In this document: piece after piece, positions 28,107 through 36,307 of the stretch
Layout of the letters: every line of letters starts with the position of its first letter
Position numbering within the stretch: the first letter of the stretch is position 1
Assembly: GCA_964349515.1 (NCBI GenBank)
Contig: CAYGHG010000003.1
Span: 1 to 55,556, forward strand
Direction: 5' to 3'
Length of the DNA stretch: 55,556 bases
Source: an uncultured Spirochaetia bacterium
GTDB lineage: Bacteria; Oederibacteriota; PGYV01; CAYGHG01
Made by a program: the position numbers and the translations under genes
The notes under the pieces: model-generated
What the model was told of the DNA's origin: nothing
The model's input: only the letters and a program-made list of their open reading frames with translations
The model's database searches: none

Positions 28107-29600
28107 TCAGCCCTCCATCTCTGAGGCTTTTTTGACGGCGCTGAATACCGCTTTTGCCTTATTTATAGTTTCTTTGTATTCGGTATCGGGCTTTGAATCA
28201 GCCACTATTCCCGCGCCTGCCTGCATGTAGGCGCGCTTCTGCAGCCCGTCGTAGTAGAGCGTGCGTATTGAGATGCACGAGTCGAGATTTCCCGAGAAAC
28301 TGACATATCCTACCAGCCCCGAGTACGGCCCTCTTTTTGAAGTTTCATAAGCGTCAATCATCTGCATTGCCCTTACCTTTGGCGCGCCCGAGACCGTGCC
28401 TGCGGGGTATGTGGCTTTGATGACATCAAAAGCGTCGAGCCCTTTTTTTACCCTGCCGGTTACGGAGGATACTATGTGCATGACATGAGAGTAGCGCTCA
28501 ATCACCATCAGGTCTTCTACTTTTACCGTGCCCGGCTGTGCAATTCTTCCTACGTCGTTTCTTCCGAGGTCTATAAGCATCAGGTGCTCGGCGCGCTCTT
28601 TTTCATCTGATAGCAGTTCCTCTTCGTTTGCCTTATCCTCAACGGCGTCCACGCCTCTCGGCCTCGTGCCCGCGATAGGCCTTACCATCGCCGAGCCAGT
28701 TTCCATTCTTGTCATGACTTCAGGCGAAGCGCCTATGATGTGCTTGTTTCCCATCCTGATGTAATGCATGTAAGGCGATGGGTTAACGGTCCTCAGTGCC
28801 CTGTAAATCATGAGCGGGTCGCCGTTGTAGTTTACGCTGAAGCGCTGTGAGATTACCGTCTGTATTGCCTCTCCGTTGTTTATCTCATCAACAGCGCCTG
28901 CAACCCATCTTTTGAATTCCTTTTCACGGGTGTGATATTTTACTTTCTGTGGGCCCGTATGCTTTTTTAGAGGCGTGTATTTCAAAGGTTTTTTCATGCT
29001 TTTAATTACAGAGTCTATCGTGGCGAGCGCCTTTTTATAACGCTTTTCAAGCCCTGTTTTTCCCTCTTTTTCATTTACAAATATGTTCACTACCACCATT
29101 ATCCTGTGATAAACGTGGTCAAACACAAGCACCACGTCTGTCATCATGAAAAACATGTCCGGCCATTTGAGGTCGTCTTTTTTGTTTTCGTGCGGTACTT
29201 TCTCATAAAGTTTTACCACGTCGTACCCTATGTAGCCCACAGCCCCGCCGTGAAAACGCGGAAGGCCGGGCGCGGGAGCGGCTTTAAAGGATGAAAACTC
29301 TTTTTTCATGAAACCGAGCGGGTCTTTTGTCTTTATCTTGCTTTTTTTTCCGCCTTCATTAACATGCACCGCACCCTCATAATAAGCGATTGTCTTAAAA
29401 GGGTCCCTGCCGAGGAATGAGTAGCGCGCCATTTTCTCGCCGCCCTCTATTGATTCAAGCAGGAAAGAGTACTGCGGGTTGTCTATTTTCATGTAAGCGG
29501 AAAGCGGAGTTTCAAGGTCAGCAAGCATTTCCTTATATATCGGCACTACGTTATATTTTTCCGAGAGTTTCAGCACCTCTTTGAAATCAGGTATAAACAT
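28107..29600 (-). CDS. trpE: Anthranilate synthase component I
   Basis: LLES and NPSPYM Trp-feedback motifs, [32 protein letters not shown]; start placed at MFIPDF. Confidence 0.95.
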   Translation of the reverse strand: MFIPDFKEVLKLSEKYNVVPIYKEMLADLETPLSAYMKIDNPQYSFLLESIEGGEKMARYSFLGRDPFKTIAYYEGAVHVNEGGKKSKIKTKDPLGFMKKEFSSFKAAPAPGLPRFHGGAVGYIGYDVVKLYEKVPHENKKDDLKWPDMFFMMTDVVLVFDHVYHRIMVVVNIFVNEKEGKTGLEKRYKKALATIDSVIKSMKKPLKYTPLKKHTGPQKVKYHTREKEFKRWVAGAVDEINNGEAIQTVISQRFSVNYNGDPLMIYRALRTVNPSPYMHYIRMGNKHIIGASPEVMTRMETGSAMVRPIAGTRPRGVDAVEDKANEEELLSDEKERAEHLMLIDLGRNDVGRIAQPGTVKVEDLMVIERYSHVMHIVSSVTGRVKKGLDAFDVIKATYPAGTVSGAPKVRAMQMIDAYETSKRGPYSGLVGYVSFSGNLDSCISIRTLYYDGLQKRAYMQAGAGIVADSKPDTEYKETINKAKAVFSAVKKASEMEG

Positions 29601-29601
29601 G

Positions 29602-30003
29602 TCAGCCCTTCTTTTTATATACCTCATCAGGGTCAAAATATTTTTTTCCGCCCACGTCAGTTACCGTGTTATCGGCGTTTATTTCCCTGAAGAAGCAGGA
29701 TTTGTAGCCGGTGTGACAGGCAGCCCCGCCTATCTGGTTTACCTTAATCAAAACAGCGTCCAGATCACAGTCAATATATATGTTCTGAACTTCCTGCACA
29801 TTGCCGGATTCTTCGCCCTTAAACCAAAGCTTGTTGCGAGAGCGCGACCAGTAGTGTGCCTTGCGGGTGGCAAGTGTTTTCTCAAGAGCTTCCTTATTCA
29901 TCCACGCTATCATTAATATGTCGCCATTAGAGGCATCCTGAGCAATAGCCGCCATCAGCCCCTTTTCGTCAAACTTTACCTTAGAAATATCAAACTTTTC
30001 CAT
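29602..30003 (-). CDS. hisI: Phosphoribosyl-AMP cyclohydrolase (monofunctional)
   Basis: [28 protein letters not shown]. Confidence 0.97.
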   Translation of the reverse strand: MEKFDISKVKFDEKGLMAAIAQDASNGDILMIAWMNKEALEKTLATRKAHYWSRSRNKLWFKGEESGNVQEVQNIYIDCDLDAVLIKVNQIGGAACHTGYKSCFFREINADNTVTDVGGKKYFDPDEVYKKKG

Positions 30004-30112
30004 GTCATGACTCCTTGTCTTTCATACTTTGTGATTTTTTAAGCGTTTTTAATATAATAACTGAAAAATATGGTAAGTAAAGGGGGAAATTGGGCGTATG
30101 GCTCGTATGGCT

Positions 30113-30145
30113 CCCTCTCCCTTTCAGGGAGAGGACAGGTGAGGG
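30113..30145 (+). repeat. REP-like hairpin element CCCTCTCCC..GGGAGAGG..GGTGAGGG (copy A)
   Basis: Shares consensus with copies at 32367-32398 (minus strand) and 48519-48555. Confidence 0.8.
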
Positions 30146-30228
30146 TGTTTTTTTGTAGTAAAAAGAAACACATGTACTTGGTTCTTTTATCATTCCATTT
30201 ACGCAGCTATCTTTCATTATCATAAATC

Positions 30229-31137
30229 TTATTGAGCTTCTTTGCCAATTATGCTTTCTACCAGCTCCTTTGCCTCTGGCGCGATATTGGTCTGTATCAT
30301 GGCCTTGCCCGAAAGCCTAAGTTGCTCCCTTATCAGTACAAACTTATTCAATATTTCTTTGTCGTCTTTCACCCCCCTCATCAGACCCTTTTTAAGTTCA
30401 ATTTCCCTGCCGTCATTTAATAATACAGAGCAGGTCACTGATTCGCCTGCATTCATTTTGAGCAACAGAACATTTTCCCATGTGTAATTTTTTGTTTTAA
30501 ATGGGAATCTGACTTCGTGTATTCCTGCGCTGTTAAAAGAATAGTATTGAAAAAGCGATATGATTCCGATGACAAGCAATGGTATCATAAATTTTACAAA
30601 CGCCCCGGCAAGTTTCGACTGCGCTTTAGCATATGAATCCCCTCTTCCATGTTTGGCTTCCCATCCCATATCTTCCCTGGCCCAGGGTATCATGTATTCC
30701 ATTGCATTAATCAGCATTAAAAGAAAAGGAAGCGCGGAAAAGAACAGCAACACCGAATATGCATAAACAAAATCCTTTACTACTATCACAAACGCGTCTT
30801 TTCCTGAAATAACCCATAGCAACTCAATTCCAAGGGGTAAAATATGGAAAATCATTATGTACGAAAGCGGCAGTAAAAAAATGATATTTAGAATCTTCCA
30901 GTATGATTTTCTGTAAAAATGTATTTCATCCTTTAACGATATCCAGAATGGCTCCCATCTCCCGCTTACTTCACTTGGCACAAATATTCCGTACGCTATC
31001 CCAAACAAGCCGAACAACAATCCGCCAAGCGTATTTCCAGCCCACGCTAAGATAAATATACTGATGCAAAAAATCACTATCCTGCCCGGCAACAATACTG
31101 TTTGTTCTATTTTTCTGCCCATTCCAGCCCCTTTCAA
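30229..31137 (-). CDS. Multi-pass membrane hypothetical protein (accessory)
   Basis: ~6 hydrophobic segments plus a soluble C-terminal domain; visibly AT-rich; inside the hisF-hisI insert. Confidence 0.75.
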   Translation of the reverse strand: MKGAGMGRKIEQTVLLPGRIVIFCISIFILAWAGNTLGGLLFGLFGIAYGIFVPSEVSGRWEPFWISLKDEIHFYRKSYWKILNIIFLLPLSYIMIFHILPLGIELLWVISGKDAFVIVVKDFVYAYSVLLFFSALPFLLMLINAMEYMIPWAREDMGWEAKHGRGDSYAKAQSKLAGAFVKFMIPLLVIGIISLFQYYSFNSAGIHEVRFPFKTKNYTWENVLLLKMNAGESVTCSVLLNDGREIELKKGLMRGVKDDKEILNKFVLIREQLRLSGKAMIQTNIAPEAKELVESIIGKEAQ

Positions 31138-31417
31138 CCCTGCTTTACAGTTTCATTAACGTTTTATATAAACATATACTTACAAGTTATATTGTCTTTT
31201 CAAAAATACATATTTATCCGTGCTGTCAATATATGCCGCCATTAGAAGCATCCGGAGCAATATCCTACACGAGACCTTTTTGGCTTAATTTTTCCATATT
31301 GCAGCTCCCTGTTCACGGTTAAACGGGTTGATACAACCCGTCTCAATAGTAGTGTTCACTCTGCGGGTTTGGCACAAGACTTCTGTAAAACACAAGACAA
31401 AGTTAAAGTCTGTTTTT

Positions 31418-31443
31418 CGGGCGGCCCACCGGACCGCCCCTAC
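31418..31443 (-). repeat. GTAG-type REP element
   Basis: GTAG-GGGCGGTCC-ggt-GGGCCGCCC; a second degenerate hairpin ACGGGTTG-ata-CAACCCGT lies at 31323-31341. Confidence 0.7.
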
Positions 31444-31458
31444 GAAAAATACACTTAC

Positions 31459-31656
31459 TTACCTCTCATAAAATCTTGTTTTTTTACCGCTTTTCATAAA
31501 CAAAAACAGTTTCATTTCAAGTCTCTCATCGTCCAACCGTCTTTCCTCAGACAGCATCTCAGTCACTGACCTGCTGCTTTTTAAAGAACCCCGAAGCCTG
31601 TCTATGGCTTCGTGTGCCTCTTTAATGCTTTTCTGTTCCTCTTCTCTCTTCTCTCT
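31459..31656 (-). pseudogene. Possible antitoxin C-terminal remnant, in frame after the BrnA-like stop
   Basis: 65 sense codons (..AIDRLRGSLKSSRSVTEMLSEERRLDDER..) with no start codon of their own at the 5' end. Confidence 0.4.
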
Positions 31657-31965
31657 TCATCTCTTTTCCCTTTTCTTAGCAACAGACCTGCCATAGGGGG
31701 CTTCTGTCTCTTTGAGCATATTATCCGCGTATTTATGCAGAACGCTGGAAATCAGGGTCTGGTATGGCATGCCTTCTCGCACTGCTTTTTCCTTGATTTT
31801 ATTCAGGTCGTTCTCGTTTACCCTCATAGTAATGATTTTTCTTTTTCTCATAGAAGCCAAATCCCGCTCTATCTGTTTTCTTTTAGCGCCTGTAACAGGC
31901 GCAAATTCGTGTAAATGATCCTGTATCCACTGTTCTTCCTTATCAAGCTTGTATTTTAGCTTCAT
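31657..31965 (-). CDS. BrnA/CopG-like (RHH) antitoxin
   Basis: ITMRVNENDLNKIKEKAVREGMPYQTLISSVLHKY; overlaps the upstream toxin stop. Confidence 0.85.
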   Translation of the reverse strand: MKLKYKLDKEEQWIQDHLHEFAPVTGAKRKQIERDLASMRKRKIITMRVNENDLNKIKEKAVREGMPYQTLISSVLHKYADNMLKETEAPYGRSVAKKREKR

Positions 31966-32228
31966 TTCCTTCCTCCAAAAATTTTATTCAGTTTCCTGCA
32001 GGGATATGCTGTTTTTATTATATGCCGGCCCTCAACATCGTATAAGAACGGTACCGCATGCACATATCCCTTGTATCTCATGACGAAAATATTCTGCTCC
32101 GGCCGCGATGTATTCTCCAATATCTGGATATATCTTCCTTCACTCAATAAATCCGCAATCTCTTCCATATCAATATTCCTGTCTTTTAGCAGCCTTTCTG
32201 CCTTGGCTTTATCATAAACAAACTCCAT
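31962..32228 (-). CDS. BrnT-like ribonuclease toxin
   Basis: MEFVYD..K, IDMEEI, YVHAVPF..IIKTAYPCRK pattern; toxin-first order with an RHH antitoxin. Confidence 0.8.
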   Translation of the reverse strand: MEFVYDKAKAERLLKDRNIDMEEIADLLSEGRYIQILENTSRPEQNIFVMRYKGYVHAVPFLYDVEGRHIIKTAYPCRKLNKIFGGRK

Positions 32229-32232
32229 GTAA

Positions 32233-32269
32233 AGTATACCCCCTCATATTTACATTGTCAATACATTGT
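32233..32269 (-). promoter_or_regulatory. Consensus sigma70 promoter and candidate operator for the TA pair
   Basis: TTGACA (32256-32261)-17 bp-TATACT (32233-32238); TACATTGT-caa-TACATTGT overlaps the -35. Confidence 0.75.
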
Positions 32270-32326
32270 AAATTGTCATTATCGTTCATATTACTGTATA
32301 ATATCATTTCTTCTTTACCTTAAAAT

Positions 32327-32398
32327 GGGGGGGATAGGTGTGGGGCGTAGTTTTTTTTTAAAGGCGCTCTCACCTAAGCCCTCTCCCGGAGGGAGAGG
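32327..32398. repeat. Inverted pair of REP-like elements (copy B)
   Basis: Partial plus-strand copy GGGGGGGATAGGTGTGGGGCGTAGTTTT facing a full minus-strand copy CCTCTCCC-tccg-GGAGAGGG-cttaGGTGAGAG. Confidence 0.75.
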
Positions 32399-32431
32399 TT
32401 GAATTGTATTATATCCCCCTTTTATTTCGTT

Positions 32432-33193
32432 TTACAGCCTTACAGCCACTCCGTTGTCGCGCAGGTATTCTTTTACTTTTTTCACGGAATATTCTTTGTA
32501 GTGAAATATGGAAGCGGCGAGAACCGCGTCTGCTTTGCCTTCTTTTAATACGTGCAGCATGTGGGAGGGGCCGCCTGCTCCGCCTGAGGCAATGACCGGC
32601 ACCTCGACCGCCTCAGAGACCGCGCGTGTGAGCTCCAGGTCATAGCCGCACTTTGTGCCGTCGCAGTCCATGGAGGTGAGCAGTATTTCGCCCGCGCCGA
32701 GCCGTGCTGCTTCCTTTATCCACGAGATAACGTCAATGCCGGTGTTTTTCCTGCCGCCGTGGGTATAGACCTCCCACTTTTTACCTTTAACTTTCGATTT
32801 CGCGTCAACCGCGAGCACTATGCACTGGCTGCCGAATTTCGCGGCCCCCTGCTTAATGAGCTTTGGGTTGAGGACCGCGGCTGTGTTTACAGAGGTTTTG
32901 TCCGCGCCGCTGTTTAAGATAAGCCTCATGTCCTCAACCGTGCGGATGCCTCCGCCTACGGTTAATGGTATGAAAACCTGCTCGGCTGTCCTGCGGACAA
33001 CGTCATATATGGTTTTTCTTTTTTCATGGGAAGCAGTGATGTCAAGAAATACTATCTCGTCAGCGCCGGCTTTATTGTACCTTACCGCGGCCTCTACCGG
33101 GTCGCCTGCGTCGCGCAGGTTTACGAAATTTATCCCCTTTACGACGCGGCCCTTGTTTACGTCAAGACACGGTATGATGCGCTTTGTAAGCAT
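32432..33193 (-). CDS. hisF: Imidazole glycerol phosphate synthase cyclase subunit
   Basis: [40 protein letters not shown]. Confidence 0.98.
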   Translation of the reverse strand: MLTKRIIPCLDVNKGRVVKGINFVNLRDAGDPVEAAVRYNKAGADEIVFLDITASHEKRKTIYDVVRRTAEQVFIPLTVGGGIRTVEDMRLILNSGADKTSVNTAAVLNPKLIKQGAAKFGSQCIVLAVDAKSKVKGKKWEVYTHGGRKNTGIDVISWIKEAARLGAGEILLTSMDCDGTKCGYDLELTRAVSEAVEVPVIASGGAGGPSHMLHVLKEGKADAVLAASIFHYKEYSVKKVKEYLRDNGVAVRL

Positions 33194-33196
33194 TAT

Positions 33197-33931
33197 TTAA
33201 TCTTCCTTTGTGGCCTTTATGGCTTCTTTGAGGTTCATCGTGCCCGTGTAGAGGGCCTTTCCGACTATTACGCCGTCTATGTTTCCATATTTTTTATTGA
33301 GTTCCATGAGCCTTTCCAGATTTTTAAGCCTGGTAACTCCGCCCGACACAATGACTTTCATAGATGTGTTTTTCAGCACTGTTTCTATTGATTTAAAGTT
33401 CGGCCCCTTGAGCACTCCGTCGCGGTTAATGTCTGTGTAAACTATCCTTTTTACACCTTTCTTTTCCATTTCCTTTACGAAATCAAGCGTCTTTAACTGG
33501 GTTATGTCTTTCCATCCCTTAACCGCTATGTAGCCGTCTTTGGCGTCCACGCCCACCACTATTTTATCACGGTATTTTTCTATCATTTCTTCAAGAAAAG
33601 TACCGTTTCCTATTGCCGAGGTTGAAAGTATCACTCTCTTTACGTCAGCTTTTACATACTTTTTAATCTCTTCCTCGGTTCGGATGCCACCTCCGACCTC
33701 AATCTTGATGCGCAGCTCTTTTGCAATTTTTAATATTATGTCCATGTTCTTGGTCTTGCCTGTAAGCGCGCCGTCAAGGTCAACGACGTGTATCAGCCTC
33801 GCTCCCTGTATCTGCCACAGTTTTGCCATTTCAACGGGTTCATTGGAGTAAACAGTCTCGTCACGCACGTCCCCCATGATCAGCCTTACGCACTTTCCTC
33901 TTCTGATGTCAATTGCCGGTAAAATCTGCAT
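33197..33931 (-). CDS. hisA: ProFAR isomerase
   Basis: [41 protein letters not shown]. Confidence 0.98.
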   Translation of the reverse strand: MQILPAIDIRRGKCVRLIMGDVRDETVYSNEPVEMAKLWQIQGARLIHVVDLDGALTGKTKNMDIILKIAKELRIKIEVGGGIRTEEEIKKYVKADVKRVILSTSAIGNGTFLEEMIEKYRDKIVVGVDAKDGYIAVKGWKDITQLKTLDFVKEMEKKGVKRIVYTDINRDGVLKGPNFKSIETVLKNTSMKVIVSGGVTRLKNLERLMELNKKYGNIDGVIVGKALYTGTMNLKEAIKATKED

Positions 33932-33960
33932 TTTTAAGCTCCCTGTAAAATATAGTTAAT

Positions 33961-34028
33961 GAGACAGCAATTCCTTACTTCTGTCTCCTTACTTCTGTCT
34001 CCTTACTTTTGTCTCCTGTCTTCTGTCT
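33961..34028. repeat. 14-bp (7+7) tandem repeat x3 plus heptamers at the hisH-hisA junction
   Basis: CCTTACTT(C/T)TGTCT at 33973, 33987 and 34001; cctgtct-tctgtct; inverted GAGACAG at 33961. Confidence 0.9.
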
Positions 34029-34665
34029 TTGATTTACTTTTCTTTTCCATGCACTTCCTGTAAAAATTCCCGTATATCTTCAGCGCGGGTTCCCCGCTTT
34101 TTTCCGGATGAAACTGGAATCCGCAGACATTACCCTGTTCCACAGACGAGGCAAACTTGATGCCGCCGTATTCCGTCGAAGTAAGAATGCATTCTTTATT
34201 TCCGGGTATCACCCTGTACGAGTGAACGAAGTAGTAAAGGTAATTGTCCTTTATGCCTTTAAGAAGCGTGCTTTTTTTTTCTATTTTGCCGTGATTCCAG
34301 CCCATATGGGGTATTTTCAGGCCTTTCCCCGTAAACCGCCTGACTGTGCCGCTTATCAGCCCGAGGCCTTTGTGTTTTCCGAATTCCTCGCTTTCATCAA
34401 ACAAAAGCTGCATTCCGAGGCATATCCCCATAAACGGCACACCCTGTGCCGAACGTTGTTTAAGGAAAGAAAGAAGTTTTCGCTTTTTTATTTCCTTCAT
34501 CGCGTCATTAAAAGCGCCCACTCCCGGAAGCAAAATACCGCTGCACTTTTTGATTACAGCCGGCTTGTCTGTCAGAACCGCCGGAACTTTAACTTTTGCA
34601 AGGCCCTTCATCACGGAATGGAGGTTTCCCATCCCGTAATCTATCACTGCTATTTTTTTCATCAA
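34003..34665 (-). CDS. hisH: Imidazole glycerol phosphate synthase glutaminase subunit
   Basis: IDYGMGNL, LPGVGAF, GICLGMQLL, PHMGWN, YFVHSY, QFHPEKS. Confidence 0.98.
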   Translation of the reverse strand: MMKKIAVIDYGMGNLHSVMKGLAKVKVPAVLTDKPAVIKKCSGILLPGVGAFNDAMKEIKKRKLLSFLKQRSAQGVPFMGICLGMQLLFDESEEFGKHKGLGLISGTVRRFTGKGLKIPHMGWNHGKIEKKSTLLKGIKDNYLYYFVHSYRVIPGNKECILTSTEYGGIKFASSVEQGNVCGFQFHPEKSGEPALKIYGNFYRKCMEKKSKSKTEDRRQK

Positions 34666-35258
34666 AGCTTTCCTTTTGTGCTCATCACCGAACTGCCCGT
34701 TATTTCAACAGCCTGTTTGAGTGCTATTGCAAAACCCTTGAAAATCGACTCTATGATATGGTGCGTGTTTTTACCCTTTAATTTGTCTATGTGCAGTGTC
34801 ACGGCAGCGCCGCGCACGAATCCGTTGAAAAACTCTTCTACCAGTTCCGTGTCAAAAGTCCCTATTTTAGCGCACGGCAGTTTTACCTTGTAATCAATGA
34901 ACGCGCGGCCCGAGAGGTCGATCACTACCCTTACCAGCGCTTCGTCAAGCACGCCGGCAGAACCGAAACGCCGCACGCCTTTTTTGTCGCCGAGGGCTTC
35001 TTTTAGCGCGGTTCCTATCGATATGCCCAGATCCTCAGCCAGATGGTGGGAATCTATTTCAACATCACCCTTTGCTTCAATTTCAATGCTTATGCCGCTG
35101 TGTTTTGAGAGCTGCTCCAGCATGTGGGTAAGAAAGGGCTCATTAGTCTTTATTTTATATTTACCCCTGCCGTCTACGCTTAAACGCAGAATTATCTCTG
35201 TTTCCTTTGTTTTCCTCTTAACCGAGGCTTTTCTGTTCTTTCTGCCTGAAGCCATCAC
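34662..35258 (-). CDS. hisB: Imidazoleglycerol-phosphate dehydratase (monofunctional)
   Basis: RKTKET, FLTHML, DSHHLAED, LDEAL..DLSGR, NTHHIIES.FK. Confidence 0.97.
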   Translation of the reverse strand: MMASGRKNRKASVKRKTKETEIILRLSVDGRGKYKIKTNEPFLTHMLEQLSKHSGISIEIEAKGDVEIDSHHLAEDLGISIGTALKEALGDKKGVRRFGSAGVLDEALVRVVIDLSGRAFIDYKVKLPCAKIGTFDTELVEEFFNGFVRGAAVTLHIDKLKGKNTHHIIESIFKGFAIALKQAVEITGSSVMSTKGKL

Positions 35259-36307
35259 ACACCTCTTGCGAGTATTTTCATTATCAGCCTGTTTTCAGCA
35301 GGTTTTCCGACTGTAATCCTTGCAAAGCCTTTTGCCGCACCGTTGTTGAATATTCTAATAGAAACCCCCCTCTTTTGAAAGAGCTTTTTTAACGCCAAGG
35401 GGTCCTGCGCCTTAAAATAGAAAAAGTTTGCACTGCTATCCGCGCTTCCAAGTTTTTGTTGGAAGAACTTTCGCATTTTTTCCCGCTCGCTTATGATTGA
35501 ACTGACACTCTTTTGTATCTCTTTTTCATGTTTCAATCCCGCGAGAGCCGCCTTTATCGTCAGGGTGTTGATGTTATAGGGCAGTTTTACCTTATTGACG
35601 GCTTCGGTAATCTCTTTTGAAGCCGCCATGTAACCGAGCCTTATTCCCGCCATCGAAAAAGCCTTTGAAAAAGTGCGCATGACCACGAGATTTTCATGTT
35701 TTTTCATTTCAGATACGAAGGTTTTCCCCGAAAATTCATGATAAGCCTCATCGCAGACTACAATTGCCCCGCTGCGTTTTATTATTTCGAGTATTTTCTT
35801 TCTGTCAAAACAATTGCCCGTAGGGTTGTTTGGGTAAGCCAGAAATACAAATTTTGCCCTGTTTTTCTTTGCCTGCCTTATCACCTCTTCGGCGTCCAAA
35901 TCATGTTCTTTTCCGAGAGGCGCCTCTATTACTTTTGCGCCGGCAATTTTCGCAAGTATTGAATACATCTCAAAAGATGGCGCAGGCACTATGACGCTGT
36001 CCCCCTCTGAAACGAACGCGAGCAAAAGACAGTACAAAAGTTCATCAGAGCCGTTCCCGAGAGTTATAAGTTCCGGCTGGGTTTTAAGCCTTGCCGCCAG
36101 TTTACGTTTCAGTTCGTCAGGTACTTTTGGGTAGCGGTTAAAGGGCATTGCCGCTATTTCCTTCATTATCTGCCTGCGCACGGATGAGGGTATGTCATAA
36201 TTATTTTCATTTGAATCAACCTTGACAGCTGCTTTTACGAGGCCGGGGGAATAGGCGGCAAGCCCTCTCACGGCGGGCTTTATCATCAGTTTTATCCTGT
36301 TTTTCAT
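35255..36307 (-). CDS. hisC: Histidinol-phosphate aminotransferase (copy 2)
   Basis: DSNENNY, GNGSDE, YPNNPTG, DEAY, RTFSKAFSMAGIRLGY; within the his operon. Confidence 0.95.
   Translation of the reverse strand: MKNRIKLMIKPAVRGLAAYSPGLVKAAVKVDSNENNYDIPSSVRRQIMKEIAAMPFNRYPKVPDELKRKLAARLKTQPELITLGNGSDELLYCLLLAFVSEGDSVIVPAPSFEMYSILAKIAGAKVIEAPLGKEHDLDAEEVIRQAKKNRAKFVFLAYPNNPTGNCFDRKKILEIIKRSGAIVVCDEAYHEFSGKTFVSEMKKHENLVVMRTFSKAFSMAGIRLGYMAASKEITEAVNKVKLPYNINTLTIKAALAGLKHEKEIQKSVSSIISEREKMRKFFQQKLGSADSSANFFYFKAQDPLALKKLFQKRGVSIRIFNNGAAKGFARITVGKPAENRLIMKILARGV

Noticed and set aside
30005-30223. 72-aa minus-strand ORF
   Set aside because: Crosses a REP-like element and the probable hisI promoter region; no recognisable motif.
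31268-31310. GGGAG followed by ATG, giving MEKLSQKGLV* on the minus strand
   Set aside because: Only 10 codons; could be a gene remnant but cannot be supported without homology search.
30079-32423. Classical IS element or prophage remnant
   Set aside because: No transposase, integrase or phage gene, and no clear target-site duplication.
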